DNA of 24,000 nt from Eubacteriales bacterium (lineage in GTDB: Bacteria; Bacillota; Clostridia; Oscillospirales; SIG627): positions 3,606-27,605 of the forward strand of contig JAZPZL010000045.1 of NCBI GenBank assembly GCA_045544655.1, read 5' to 3'. Positions 5,450 to 12,598 of this stretch are shown piece after piece; the first letter of the stretch is position 1; the number at the start of each line of letters is the position of its first letter. A program made the position numbers and the translations under genes. Below the pieces are notes generated by a model, which made no database searches, was not told where the DNA came from, and saw only the letters and a list, made by a program, of their open reading frames with translations.

Positions 5450-7423
5450 TTATGATTTGGATAGCTTATCAATGAGCTGAAGCACGATCTCCTTGGAGGT
5501 GGGGTCCAGAGAGATCAGCTTTGCCATAGCATCTGCCAGACGCGGGTCTACGTTTGCCGCCGGCTTCTGTGGTTTCATCGGAACGACGGGACCTTGACCG
5601 GGTACGGCGAAACCGCTCTTCGGTGGGACGGCAGGACCTTGACCGGGTACGGCAAATCCGCTTTTCGGCGGGACAGCAGGGATCTTCCCGGGTACGGGGA
5701 AGGAGTCCTTGCTTTTTTTTGTTTTTTTCGGTGTGCGGACCTTGAAGAAGGGCTTTTTCACCAGGTGATCGACGTTTTCCAGATCCTTCAGAAGCTCCTC
5801 TGCTGATTGATAACGTGCCTCGGGATCCTTTTGGGTACATTTTTTGATGATATACTCAAGTCCCGTGGAAAGGGAGGGATCCACTTCCCGAATAGGCAGG
5901 ATCTCGTAGGGAGGCTCGGCGGGGTTTTTCCCCGTAACCAGATGGTAGAGGGTAACGCCCAGACTGTAGAGGTCCGTTCTGGCATCCGTCTGACCCATAC
6001 CGCCGTATTGCTCCGGTGCGGCGTAGCCTCGCGTTCCCAGACAGGTGGTATCGGCGGCGGCGCTTTTCTTGTATTCGCGGGCGGTGCCGAAATCAAGGAT
6101 CTTGATGCTTCCGCCGGGCTGAAGCATAATATTGGCAGGCTTTATATCTCGGTGGATGATGGGAGCGGGACGGGAATGCAGGTAATCGAGAACGTGACAA
6201 ATCTGCTTTGCGATGTCCAGGGTCTGATGTTCGGCAAGAACCATCCCCTCATCCAAAAACTGCTGCAGACTTTTTCCTTCCACGTATTCCATAATCAGAA
6301 GAATGGTCTCCGGCTTTTTGATTATGTCGATGAAGACGGGGATGGCAGGGTGATTGAGGCTTCGGACAATGGAAATTTCGGACAGGAAGGACTCCCAGAC
6401 GATATTGAAATTTTTGGTTTTTTCCTTCAGGATTTCCTTGATTGCCCAGTGCTTATTCGTGGTAAGGTTTTCCGCCAGAAAGACGGTGGAAAAGCCGCCT
6501 TGCCCGATTTTTTTCAAAATGCGGTATTTTCCATCCAAAACGGAGTCAATCTGTAAACGCGTGCCGTCAGATACGGGAGAAGGGGACGATTCCTTTTCTC
6601 CCCCTGAGAGGATGGTGGTTTCATTACCGCCGGATTTATGCTTATAGAGATAAGTGGTATCGTCACCCTTCTGACGGAAGGAGGTGGCTCCGCTCAAGAT
6701 ACCTCCCACGAAACGGATCAGCGCTTCCTCATTGTCGTAGGACTGGAGGGGAGCCAGATTGGCAGGCAGGTCGTTTACGGGAAAATCCTTGGAGCGGTAG
6801 GTGACGATGGTGCGGGTCTTTCTTCCCTCTCTCAGCCACAGATTGCTGAACATTTCAATTTCGTATGAAACCCAGTCGGAGGTGATGTTTGCGCGATTGG
6901 TTCCCACGGCAATAAAGACCTTCGCCTGCTCGAGGGCGGTGGCGATGATGGTCATATAATTGGATCTGCCGCTTGCATCCACGGAGTATTTACTGAAAAA
7001 GGGATTGTACCCCTTGGCGCGAAGGGCGTGGTACAAGGACTCTGCCATTTTCACGTCCCGTCCGGGGAATCCGTTTTCCTCCGTATTGCGGAAGGAAATG
7101 AAAATATCGTACTTTTGCGTTACGTCACCGCACGCTTTTTGAAAAGAAAGTTTTTGATTGCCGACGGTGATCTCATCCTTGAATTGCAAGGGATGCTCTG
7201 TGTTTGGGGGGATGGGAGTTCCGTTTAAGAAGGTGCCGTTGGTGGAATTCAGATCGGACAGGTAATAGCGATCTTCCTTGCAAGTGATCCTACAGTGAGC
7301 GCGGCTGACCGCAGGGGAGGAGAGCATCAGGTCTACGAAATTCTGCGCGGTCCCGATGGTAAAAAAGGGCTTGTCGATCAGCGTGATCTGATTCGTTTGA
7401 AGATTCTGTAATTGCGCCGCCAT
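5450..7423 (-). CDS. FHA domain / TIR-like domain / Hanks-type Ser/Thr protein kinase fusion protein with a Pro-rich repeat tail (cytoplasmic; no TM segment seen)
   Basis: 657 aa.
- aa 17-94 (7142-7375): canonical FHA (FTIG ... VSRAHCRI ... YYLSDLNSTNGTFLNG ... ITVGN).
- aa 104-230 (6734-7114): TIR-like (YDIFISFR ... AESLYHALRAKGYNPFFS ... AKVFIAVGT ... SDWVSYEIEMF ... TIVTY).
- aa 299-550 (5774-6529): complete kinase core. G-loop is IGQGGFSTV, VAIK Lys is in WAIKE, then HRDIKPANIML, DFGTA and APEQ.
- aa 576-617: PAVPPKSGFAVPGQG repeats.
- GAAGGTGA RBS lies 7 nt upstream of the ATG. Confidence 0.9.
   Translation of the reverse strand: MAAQLQNLQTNQITLIDKPFFTIGTAQNFVDLMLSSPAVSRAHCRITCKEDRYYLSDLNSTNGTFLNGTPIPPNTEHPLQFKDEITVGNQKLSFQKACGDVTQKYDIFISFRNTEENGFPGRDVKMAESLYHALRAKGYNPFFSKYSVDASGRSNYMTIIATALEQAKVFIAVGTNRANITSDWVSYEIEMFSNLWLREGRKTRTIVTYRSKDFPVNDLPANLAPLQSYDNEEALIRFVGGILSGATSFRQKGDDTTYLYKHKSGGNETTILSGGEKESSPSPVSDGTRLQIDSVLDGKYRILKKIGQGGFSTVFLAENLTTNKHWAIKEILKEKTKNFNIVWESFLSEISIVRSLNHPAIPVFIDIIKKPETILLIMEYVEGKSLQQFLDEGMVLAEHQTLDIAKQICHVLDYLHSRPAPIIHRDIKPANIMLQPGGSIKILDFGTAREYKKSAAADTTCLGTRGYAAPEQYGGMGQTDARTDLYSLGVTLYHLVTGKNPAEPPYEILPIREVDPSLSTGLEYIIKKCTQKDPEARYQSAEELLKDLENVDHLVKKPFFKVRTPKKTKKSKDSFPVPGKIPAVPPKSGFAVPGQGPAVPPKSGFAVPGQGPVVPMKPQKPAANVDPRLADAMAKLISLDPTSKEIVLQLIDKLSKS
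5589..5700 (-). repeat. 45-bp in-frame tandem repeat (about 2.5 copies) encoding PAVPPKSGFAVPGQG
   Basis: ggaccttgaccgggtacggc starts at 5589 and again at 5634, giving a 45-nt period. A degenerate third copy starts near 5679. It lies within the C-terminal tail of the FHA-TIR-kinase ORF. Confidence 0.9.
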
Positions 7424-7450
7424 ATTCTTTCACCTTCTTTCTTTCTCATC

Positions 7451-7479
7451 ATTATACCGATCTTGGCGGAAAATGTCAA
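7451..7479 (-). promoter_or_regulatory. Consensus sigma-A promoter of the FHA-TIR-kinase gene
   Basis: On the minus strand: TTGACA (7479-7474), exactly 17 nt, TATAAT (7456-7451). The -10 lies about 28 nt upstream of the ATG at 7423. Confidence 0.7.
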
Positions 7480-7531
7480 ATGCTTGAATTTGTCTTGCGA
7501 AAATTTTTGTGATGTGTTTCTATAACGTGAA

Positions 7532-7554
7532 AGAGAACGGAGGATCCGTTCTCT
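7532..7554 (-). terminator. Hairpin immediately downstream of tyrS; probable operon terminator
   Basis: 9-bp stem agagaacgg / ccgttctct with loop aggat, 9 nt after the tyrS stop. The better T-tract (ctctttttgctttta) is on the plus-strand side, and the minus-strand tail is only UUUCACGUU. Efficiency and orientation are therefore uncertain. Confidence 0.45.
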
Positions 7555-7562
7555 TTTTGCTT

Positions 7563-8783
7563 TTATTTGGTAATTTTGATAAAGACCTTTTTGCCCTTGC
7601 GCAGGATGAATTCCGCGTCGAAGTCGGAGGCGGGGAAGGTGGTGCCGATGTCGGTGACCTTCTCATCCTTTGCGGTTACGCCGCCCTGCTGAATGAGTCT
7701 GCGCGCTTCGCCGCGGGAGGGGCAAAGCCCGGTCTTCACCAGAAGGTCCATAATATTGATGGCGCCGTCGGTGAAATCTGCGTCGGTCAGGGTGTGGGTG
7801 GGCATATTGGCGTTGTTACCGCCGCCGCCGAAGAGGGCGCGAGCCGCTTCCTGCGCCTTGTCAGCCTCCTCCTTGCCGTGAACCAGGGTGGTCAATTCGT
7901 ATGCCAGGATCTCCTTTGCACGGTTCAGCTGACTGCCTTCCCAGGCGTCCATCTTGTCGATCTCCTCCAGAGGCAGGAAGGTGAGCATACGGATGCACTT
8001 AAGCACGTCGGCATCGCCCACGTTTCTCCAATACTGGTAGAAGTCGAAGGGGCTGGTCTTTTCGGGGTCCAGCCAAACGGCACCGCTCTGGGTCTTACCC
8101 ATTTTCTTGCCCTCGGAGTTGAGGAGCAGGGTAATGGTCATAGCGTATGCGTCCTTGCCGGTCTTTTTGCGGATCAATTCCGTACCGCCCAGCATATTGG
8201 ACCACTGGTCGTCGCCGCCGAACTGCATATTACAGCCGTATTTCTCGGACAGGTGATAGAAGTCGTAGGACTGCATGATCATATAGTTGAATTCCAGGAA
8301 GGACAGACCCTTCTCCATTCTTTGCTTGTAGCACTCGGCGCGAAGCATATTGTTGACGGAGAAGCAGGCGCCGACCTCGCGGAGAAGATCCACGTACTTC
8401 AGATCCAGAAGCCAGTCTGCATTGTTTACCAGGATCGCCTTGTCCTCACCAAAGTCGATGAAGCGCTCCATCTGGCGCTTGAAGCAATCGCAGTTGTGCT
8501 GAATGGTCTCGGGAGTCATCATGGAACGCATATCGGTTCTGCCGGAGGGGTCCCCGATGTAGCCGGTACCGCCGCCCACCAAAACTACGGGCTTGTTGCC
8601 CGCCATCTGCAAACGCTTCATCAGGCACAGCGCCATAAAGTGACCGCAGTGGAGAGAATCTGCCGTGGGGTCAAAGCCGATATAGAAGCGGGCGCCGCCG
8701 TTGTTGATCAATTCTCGGATCTCTTTTTCATCCGTTACCTGCGCGATGAGTCCGCGCGCTTGAAGTTCTTCGTAAATTCCCAT
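7563..8783 (-). CDS. tyrS: Tyrosine--tRNA ligase
   Basis: 406 aa. N-terminus LQARGLIAQVTDEKEIRELIN ... YIGFDPTADSLHCGH (HIGH-type motif). KMGKT is the KMSKS-type motif. C-terminal S4-like domain (SRGEARRLIQQGGV). Confidence 0.93.
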   Translation of the reverse strand: MGIYEELQARGLIAQVTDEKEIRELINNGGARFYIGFDPTADSLHCGHFMALCLMKRLQMAGNKPVVLVGGGTGYIGDPSGRTDMRSMMTPETIQHNCDCFKRQMERFIDFGEDKAILVNNADWLLDLKYVDLLREVGACFSVNNMLRAECYKQRMEKGLSFLEFNYMIMQSYDFYHLSEKYGCNMQFGGDDQWSNMLGGTELIRKKTGKDAYAMTITLLLNSEGKKMGKTQSGAVWLDPEKTSPFDFYQYWRNVGDADVLKCIRMLTFLPLEEIDKMDAWEGSQLNRAKEILAYELTTLVHGKEEADKAQEAARALFGGGGNNANMPTHTLTDADFTDGAINIMDLLVKTGLCPSRGEARRLIQQGGVTAKDEKVTDIGTTFPASDFDAEFILRKGKKVFIKITK

Positions 8784-8797
8784 GGTAAAGCCTTTCT

Positions 8798-10507
8798 TTA
8801 TCTTAATGTATCTTTTAATTTTTCAAATTCCGCAAGACCCTCCCGACGGAGCTTATCTGCGGCGCTTCTTGCTTCCTCGGAAAGCTCTCTGCCTCCCAGA
8901 AGCCTTGCGTTTTCCTTCAGACTGCCTTCCCCGTCCAGGGGCGTAAGACCCGTTTGCGTTCTGCCCTCCGCTTCCGTTTTTTCTACCAGGAAGTGGTGGT
9001 CTGCCAGGGTGGAGACCTGAGCGGAATGGGTCACGCAGAAGATCTGCCGATCCCGTGCAAGACAGCGCAGACAAATGCCGATCTTCTGTGCAGTCGCACC
9101 GGAAATGCCCGTGTCGATCTCGTCAAAGATCATAGTGGGCGCATCTTTCTCCTTGAGAAGCTTTAAGGAAAGAGCCAGCATAATACGGCTCATTTCACCG
9201 CCGGATGCCACCTGTGCCAGGGGCCCCGTGCCTTCACCGGTGTTGGCGGCAATGCCGAAGGAAACCCGTTCGCCGCCCTCGGGTGAAAAGCCGTCCTCGG
9301 GGGTGAAAAGCACGGAGAAGCGCATTTTGGGCATATCCAAAAAGGCAAGGGTGCCGTGGATCTCCCCTTCCAGAGCCTCAGCCGTTTTTTTGCGGGCAAG
9401 GGTCAAAGCGGAGGCGGCAGCCTCCAGCTTGCGGGAAAGGCTTGCCAAAGCAAGCTCACTCTTTTTTATATCATCTTTTCCCCGCAGAGTCAAGTCCTTT
9501 TTCTCTTTTATCTCTTCGTAATAGTCCAGGATCTCGTCAACGGACTTGCCGAATTTCTGCTTCAAGCGGTAGAGGGCGTCCATCCGCTTCTGAATGCGGT
9601 CCATCAGATCCCCCGGGTCCTCCTCGCCGTAATCGGAAAGGGCGGCGGAGAGGCTGTTTTCCAATTCCTTGGCGCTTTCCGCCAATTCGTACAGCTTTCC
9701 CGCGGTCTCGGCGTGATTCCCTTCTCCCAATTCCTCCAGCTTCCGCGCGGCGGCAGACAGGAGAAAGACGGCTCCCTTTCCCTTTTCCCCGCCGGAAAGG
9801 GCGCGATGGGCAGTGGCAACGGCACCGTATTCCTTTTCAAAATTCTGCAGGTGACGAAGCTTTTCCTCCAGCTTATCCTCCTCGCCCCGCTTAGGCTTTA
9901 CGCGGGCGATCTCCTGCATCTGATATTCGTAAAGGGCAAGCTTTTCCTTGCCGTCCAAAACGTCCTCGCGAAGCTTTTCCAAGGCTTTTTTCGCCGTCTG
10001 ATGCTCAGCAAAGGCAGCTTTGTACGCTTTAAGGGCATTTTGACCCTCTTGATCCAGCGCGTCGTCCAGATACCTTCTGTGATTTTTTTCGTCCAGAAGT
10101 CCCACGGCACTGTTTTGCCCGTGAATGGCAAGCAGCTCCGAGGCAAGGGCGGAAAGGCGGCTGAAGGGAAGGGTCCTGCCGCAAAGCTTGGACAGATTCT
10201 TTCCCGTGGCGTATACGATGCGGGTGAGGGTCACGCCCTCCCGCGCCTCCTCGGGATCCACCAGTTCAGACAGAGATGCGATCTGCTCCTCGGTCAGGTC
10301 GGTGAAAAACAGGGAGACCTCCAGCTTTTCTTCTCCGTGGCGCACCAATTCCTTTCCCCCCTTGGAGGACAGGAACAGACCCAGAGAATCCAGAATCAGG
10401 GATTTACCTGCGCCCGTTTCACCGGTCAGCACGGAAAAGCCCCGATGGAAATCCACCGAAAGGCGTCGGATCAGTGCAAGATCGGAAACAAACAGGCTGG
10501 TCAGCAT
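8798..10507 (-). CDS. recN: DNA repair protein RecN
   Basis: 569 aa. N-terminal SMC-like head with Walker A (FSVLTGETGAGKSLILDSL). Long coiled-coil middle. C-terminal signature and Walker B (ASGGEMSRIMLAL ... TMIFDEIDTGISG). Confidence 0.93.
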   Translation of the reverse strand: MLTSLFVSDLALIRRLSVDFHRGFSVLTGETGAGKSLILDSLGLFLSSKGGKELVRHGEEKLEVSLFFTDLTEEQIASLSELVDPEEAREGVTLTRIVYATGKNLSKLCGRTLPFSRLSALASELLAIHGQNSAVGLLDEKNHRRYLDDALDQEGQNALKAYKAAFAEHQTAKKALEKLREDVLDGKEKLALYEYQMQEIARVKPKRGEEDKLEEKLRHLQNFEKEYGAVATAHRALSGGEKGKGAVFLLSAAARKLEELGEGNHAETAGKLYELAESAKELENSLSAALSDYGEEDPGDLMDRIQKRMDALYRLKQKFGKSVDEILDYYEEIKEKKDLTLRGKDDIKKSELALASLSRKLEAAASALTLARKKTAEALEGEIHGTLAFLDMPKMRFSVLFTPEDGFSPEGGERVSFGIAANTGEGTGPLAQVASGGEMSRIMLALSLKLLKEKDAPTMIFDEIDTGISGATAQKIGICLRCLARDRQIFCVTHSAQVSTLADHHFLVEKTEAEGRTQTGLTPLDGEGSLKENARLLGGRELSEEARSAADKLRREGLAEFEKLKDTLR

Positions 10508-10516
10508 AAATACCTC

Positions 10517-10981
10517 TTAATCTTTGATGTATAAAACGTTCATATCGCGGCAGAATTCCCGTGCCAACTGCTCGTTGGCAAACAGCACCAGAAGGGTGTC
10601 GTCCCCTGCCAGGGTGCCGATGATGTTTTCAATGCGGATCGCCTCCAGCGCCGCCGCTGCCGCGTTTGCGGTGCCCGAGAGGGTCTTGACCACGCCGATA
10701 TTCCCCGCGGGGACGGCGCTTGTCAGTACCTGATGGAGAACGGAGCGGTACTTGTCACGGGTCTGATTCTCTCCCCGCGCTCTGTCCTGGGTCACGGCGT
10801 AGTGGGTCCCGCCGGTCTTACCGGGGACCTTTTGCAGATGAAGCTCCTTGATGTCGCGGCTGATGGTTGCCTGGGTAGCGGTAAAGCCGCTTGCCTTCAG
10901 GGCGGCGGAAAGCTCCTCCTGGGTGTGGATCTCTCCTGCTCCCACCAGCTCCAGAATTTTCAGTTGACGTTCGTTTTTCAT
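10517..10981 (-). CDS. argR: Arginine repressor
   Basis: 154 aa. Winged-helix N-terminus (RQLKILELVGAGEIHTQEELSAALKASGFTATQATISRDIKEL). C-terminal oligomerisation/arginine-binding domain (GTLAGDDTLLV). It is in the conserved position between nadK/tlyA and recN. Confidence 0.9.
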   Translation of the reverse strand: MKNERQLKILELVGAGEIHTQEELSAALKASGFTATQATISRDIKELHLQKVPGKTGGTHYAVTQDRARGENQTRDKYRSVLHQVLTSAVPAGNIGVVKTLSGTANAAAAALEAIRIENIIGTLAGDDTLLVLFANEQLAREFCRDMNVLYIKD

Positions 10982-10990
10982 AAAACACCT

Positions 10991-11833
10991 TTAAAATTTA
11001 CGGAAAAATACTTCCAGATTGCTTTGGGGCTTGGGGAAGATCAGCTTCAGGCGATGCTTTGCCCTGCGGATCTTCACCGTGTCCGTGGGCGTGATCGCCT
11101 TTTCCGTCTTTCCGTCTGCACAGACGGTGATCGTGCCGCCCTCGCCTGCGGCTCCCTTGACGGTGAATACCGTATCGGGGGAAAAGATCATGTGGTGGGC
11201 GTTGATGAGCAGATACGAGGATACCGCTTTGACTCCGATGGAATCAAAATTGGCATCCTGTACCGCGCCGCCTGCGGAAAAGCTGTAGCCCGTAGAGCCC
11301 GTGGGCGTATTGAAGATCACACCGTCTGCGCGGAAATGGCACAGCTTCTTTTTGCCCGTGAACAGATCCAGCTCCACGATGTGAAATCCCCGCTCGGGGG
11401 CAATGACGAATTCATTTAGCGCGTAGAAGGTCTGATCGCCTACGGTGCATTCCAGCATCATACGGGAGGAAACGGGAAGCTCCTTTTCCAGAAGAAGGGG
11501 AAGCTTTGCCAGATCCTTTTCCTCCAGGGAGGTCATAAAGCCTACGTTGCCGAAATTGATGCCGAAAATGGGGATCTCCGCCTTGGCGGCTTCCTCCGCC
11601 ACGGATAAAATGGTGCCGTCTCCCCCCAGGGTGATGAGAAGATCGGCGGAAAACAGCTCCTCGTGGGAAACGAAGCGGAGCTTTTTCAGATAAGGGGTCA
11701 AGGAGGGCATATCGGCAAAGCTCTGCTCCAGACGAAGCTCACACGCAAAAGCGGAAAGCTTCTCAATGACCTTTGCCGTGCGGGCAAGGGTGGGGTCCCG
11801 ACTGGGGTTTGGGTAGAGGCTGATGATCTTCAT
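10991..11833 (-). CDS. nadK: NAD+ kinase
   Basis: 280 aa with the GGDGT motif (LLITLGGDGTILS), GINFGNVGF, and C-terminal NTPTGSTGYSFSAGG. Confidence 0.9.
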   Translation of the reverse strand: MKIISLYPNPSRDPTLARTAKVIEKLSAFACELRLEQSFADMPSLTPYLKKLRFVSHEELFSADLLITLGGDGTILSVAEEAAKAEIPIFGINFGNVGFMTSLEEKDLAKLPLLLEKELPVSSRMMLECTVGDQTFYALNEFVIAPERGFHIVELDLFTGKKKLCHFRADGVIFNTPTGSTGYSFSAGGAVQDANFDSIGVKAVSSYLLINAHHMIFSPDTVFTVKGAAGEGGTITVCADGKTEKAITPTDTVKIRRAKHRLKLIFPKPQSNLEVFFRKF

Positions 11834-11848
11834 ACGCCCCCTCCTTTC

Positions 11849-12598
11849 TCAGGATTCTTTTTGAAAAAGTGCCAGATATTCCAGATTGCCGTCCCCGCCC
11901 GCAATGGGAGAGGGGATGACGTTTTTCATCGCAAGACCGTGCTTTTTCGCTTCTTCCCGAAGCTTTTCGATGCACTCTGCCCGTTTCTTATCGTTTTTGA
12001 CGATGCCGCGATCCAGATTCTCTCTGCCCACCTCAAACTGAGGCTTAATGAGAGAAATGAATACGCCGTCCTCCGCCAGCACCTTGGAGACCGCAGGGTA
12101 CAAAAGACTCTGGGAAATGAAGGATACGTCCATGGTGACAACATTTGAGACGGGAACCATACTCTCGTCCAGAAAGCGGGCGTTGGTATTTTCCATCGAA
12201 ACTACGCTACCGTTTTCACGGAGAGAGGGATGGAGCTGATCCGTACCCGAGTCTATGGCGTAGACTCTTCTGGCACCGTGCTGCAAAAGGCAATCGGTAA
12301 AGCCGCCGGTGGAGGCGCCGATGTCGATACAAAGCTTTCCCCGAAGCTCCACGCCGAATTCCGCCAGCGCCTTTTCCAGCTTCAGTCCTCCGCGGGATAC
12401 GTAGCGATCCAAGGGATTCTCGTGGATCTCCACCTGACTGTCGGTGAAGATCTTTTCCGCAGGCTTTCTGCATTCCTTGCCGTCTACGGATACGTACCCC
12501 TCCCGAACCAGCTTCGCCGCCAGGGTGCGGCTGTTGCAAAGTCCGTTATGATAAAGATATTGATCCAGTCTGTTCCAGCTCATACAGTTCCTTTTCAA
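11849..12598 (-). CDS. tlyA: TlyA-family rRNA 2'-O-methyltransferase (S4 domain + FtsJ-like methyltransferase)
   Basis: RLDQYLYHNGLCNSRTLAAKLVREGYVSVDG (S4), SRGGLKLEKAL, and the SAM motif DIGASTGGFTDCLLQHGA. The true start is more likely the second Met (MSWNRLD, 12583). Either start overlaps the end of dxs. Confidence 0.88.
   Translation of the reverse strand: MKRNCMSWNRLDQYLYHNGLCNSRTLAAKLVREGYVSVDGKECRKPAEKIFTDSQVEIHENPLDRYVSRGGLKLEKALAEFGVELRGKLCIDIGASTGGFTDCLLQHGARRVYAIDSGTDQLHPSLRENGSVVSMENTNARFLDESMVPVSNVVTMDVSFISQSLLYPAVSKVLAEDGVFISLIKPQFEVGRENLDRGIVKNDKKRAECIEKLREEAKKHGLAMKNVIPSPIAGGDGNLEYLALFQKES

Noticed and set aside
2538-7423. Idea that the two phosphoesterases and the FHA-TIR-kinase form one functional system (for example, phosphoesterases degrading a TIR-made nucleotide signal)
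   Set aside because: The phosphoesterases carry cleavable signal peptides and C-terminal membrane anchors, so their catalytic domains should be extracellular. The TIR-kinase protein is cytoplasmic. The genes are convergent with a terminator between them. Adjacency alone does not support a functional link, although co-occurrence in other genomes could still be checked.
7495-7554. Possible plus-strand mini-transcript (TTGCGA ... TATAAC, then a hairpin with a T-tract)
   Set aside because: The promoter-like hexamers are 20 nt apart and weak, and the transcript would consist of the hairpin only. The hairpin is more simply the tyrS/operon terminator.
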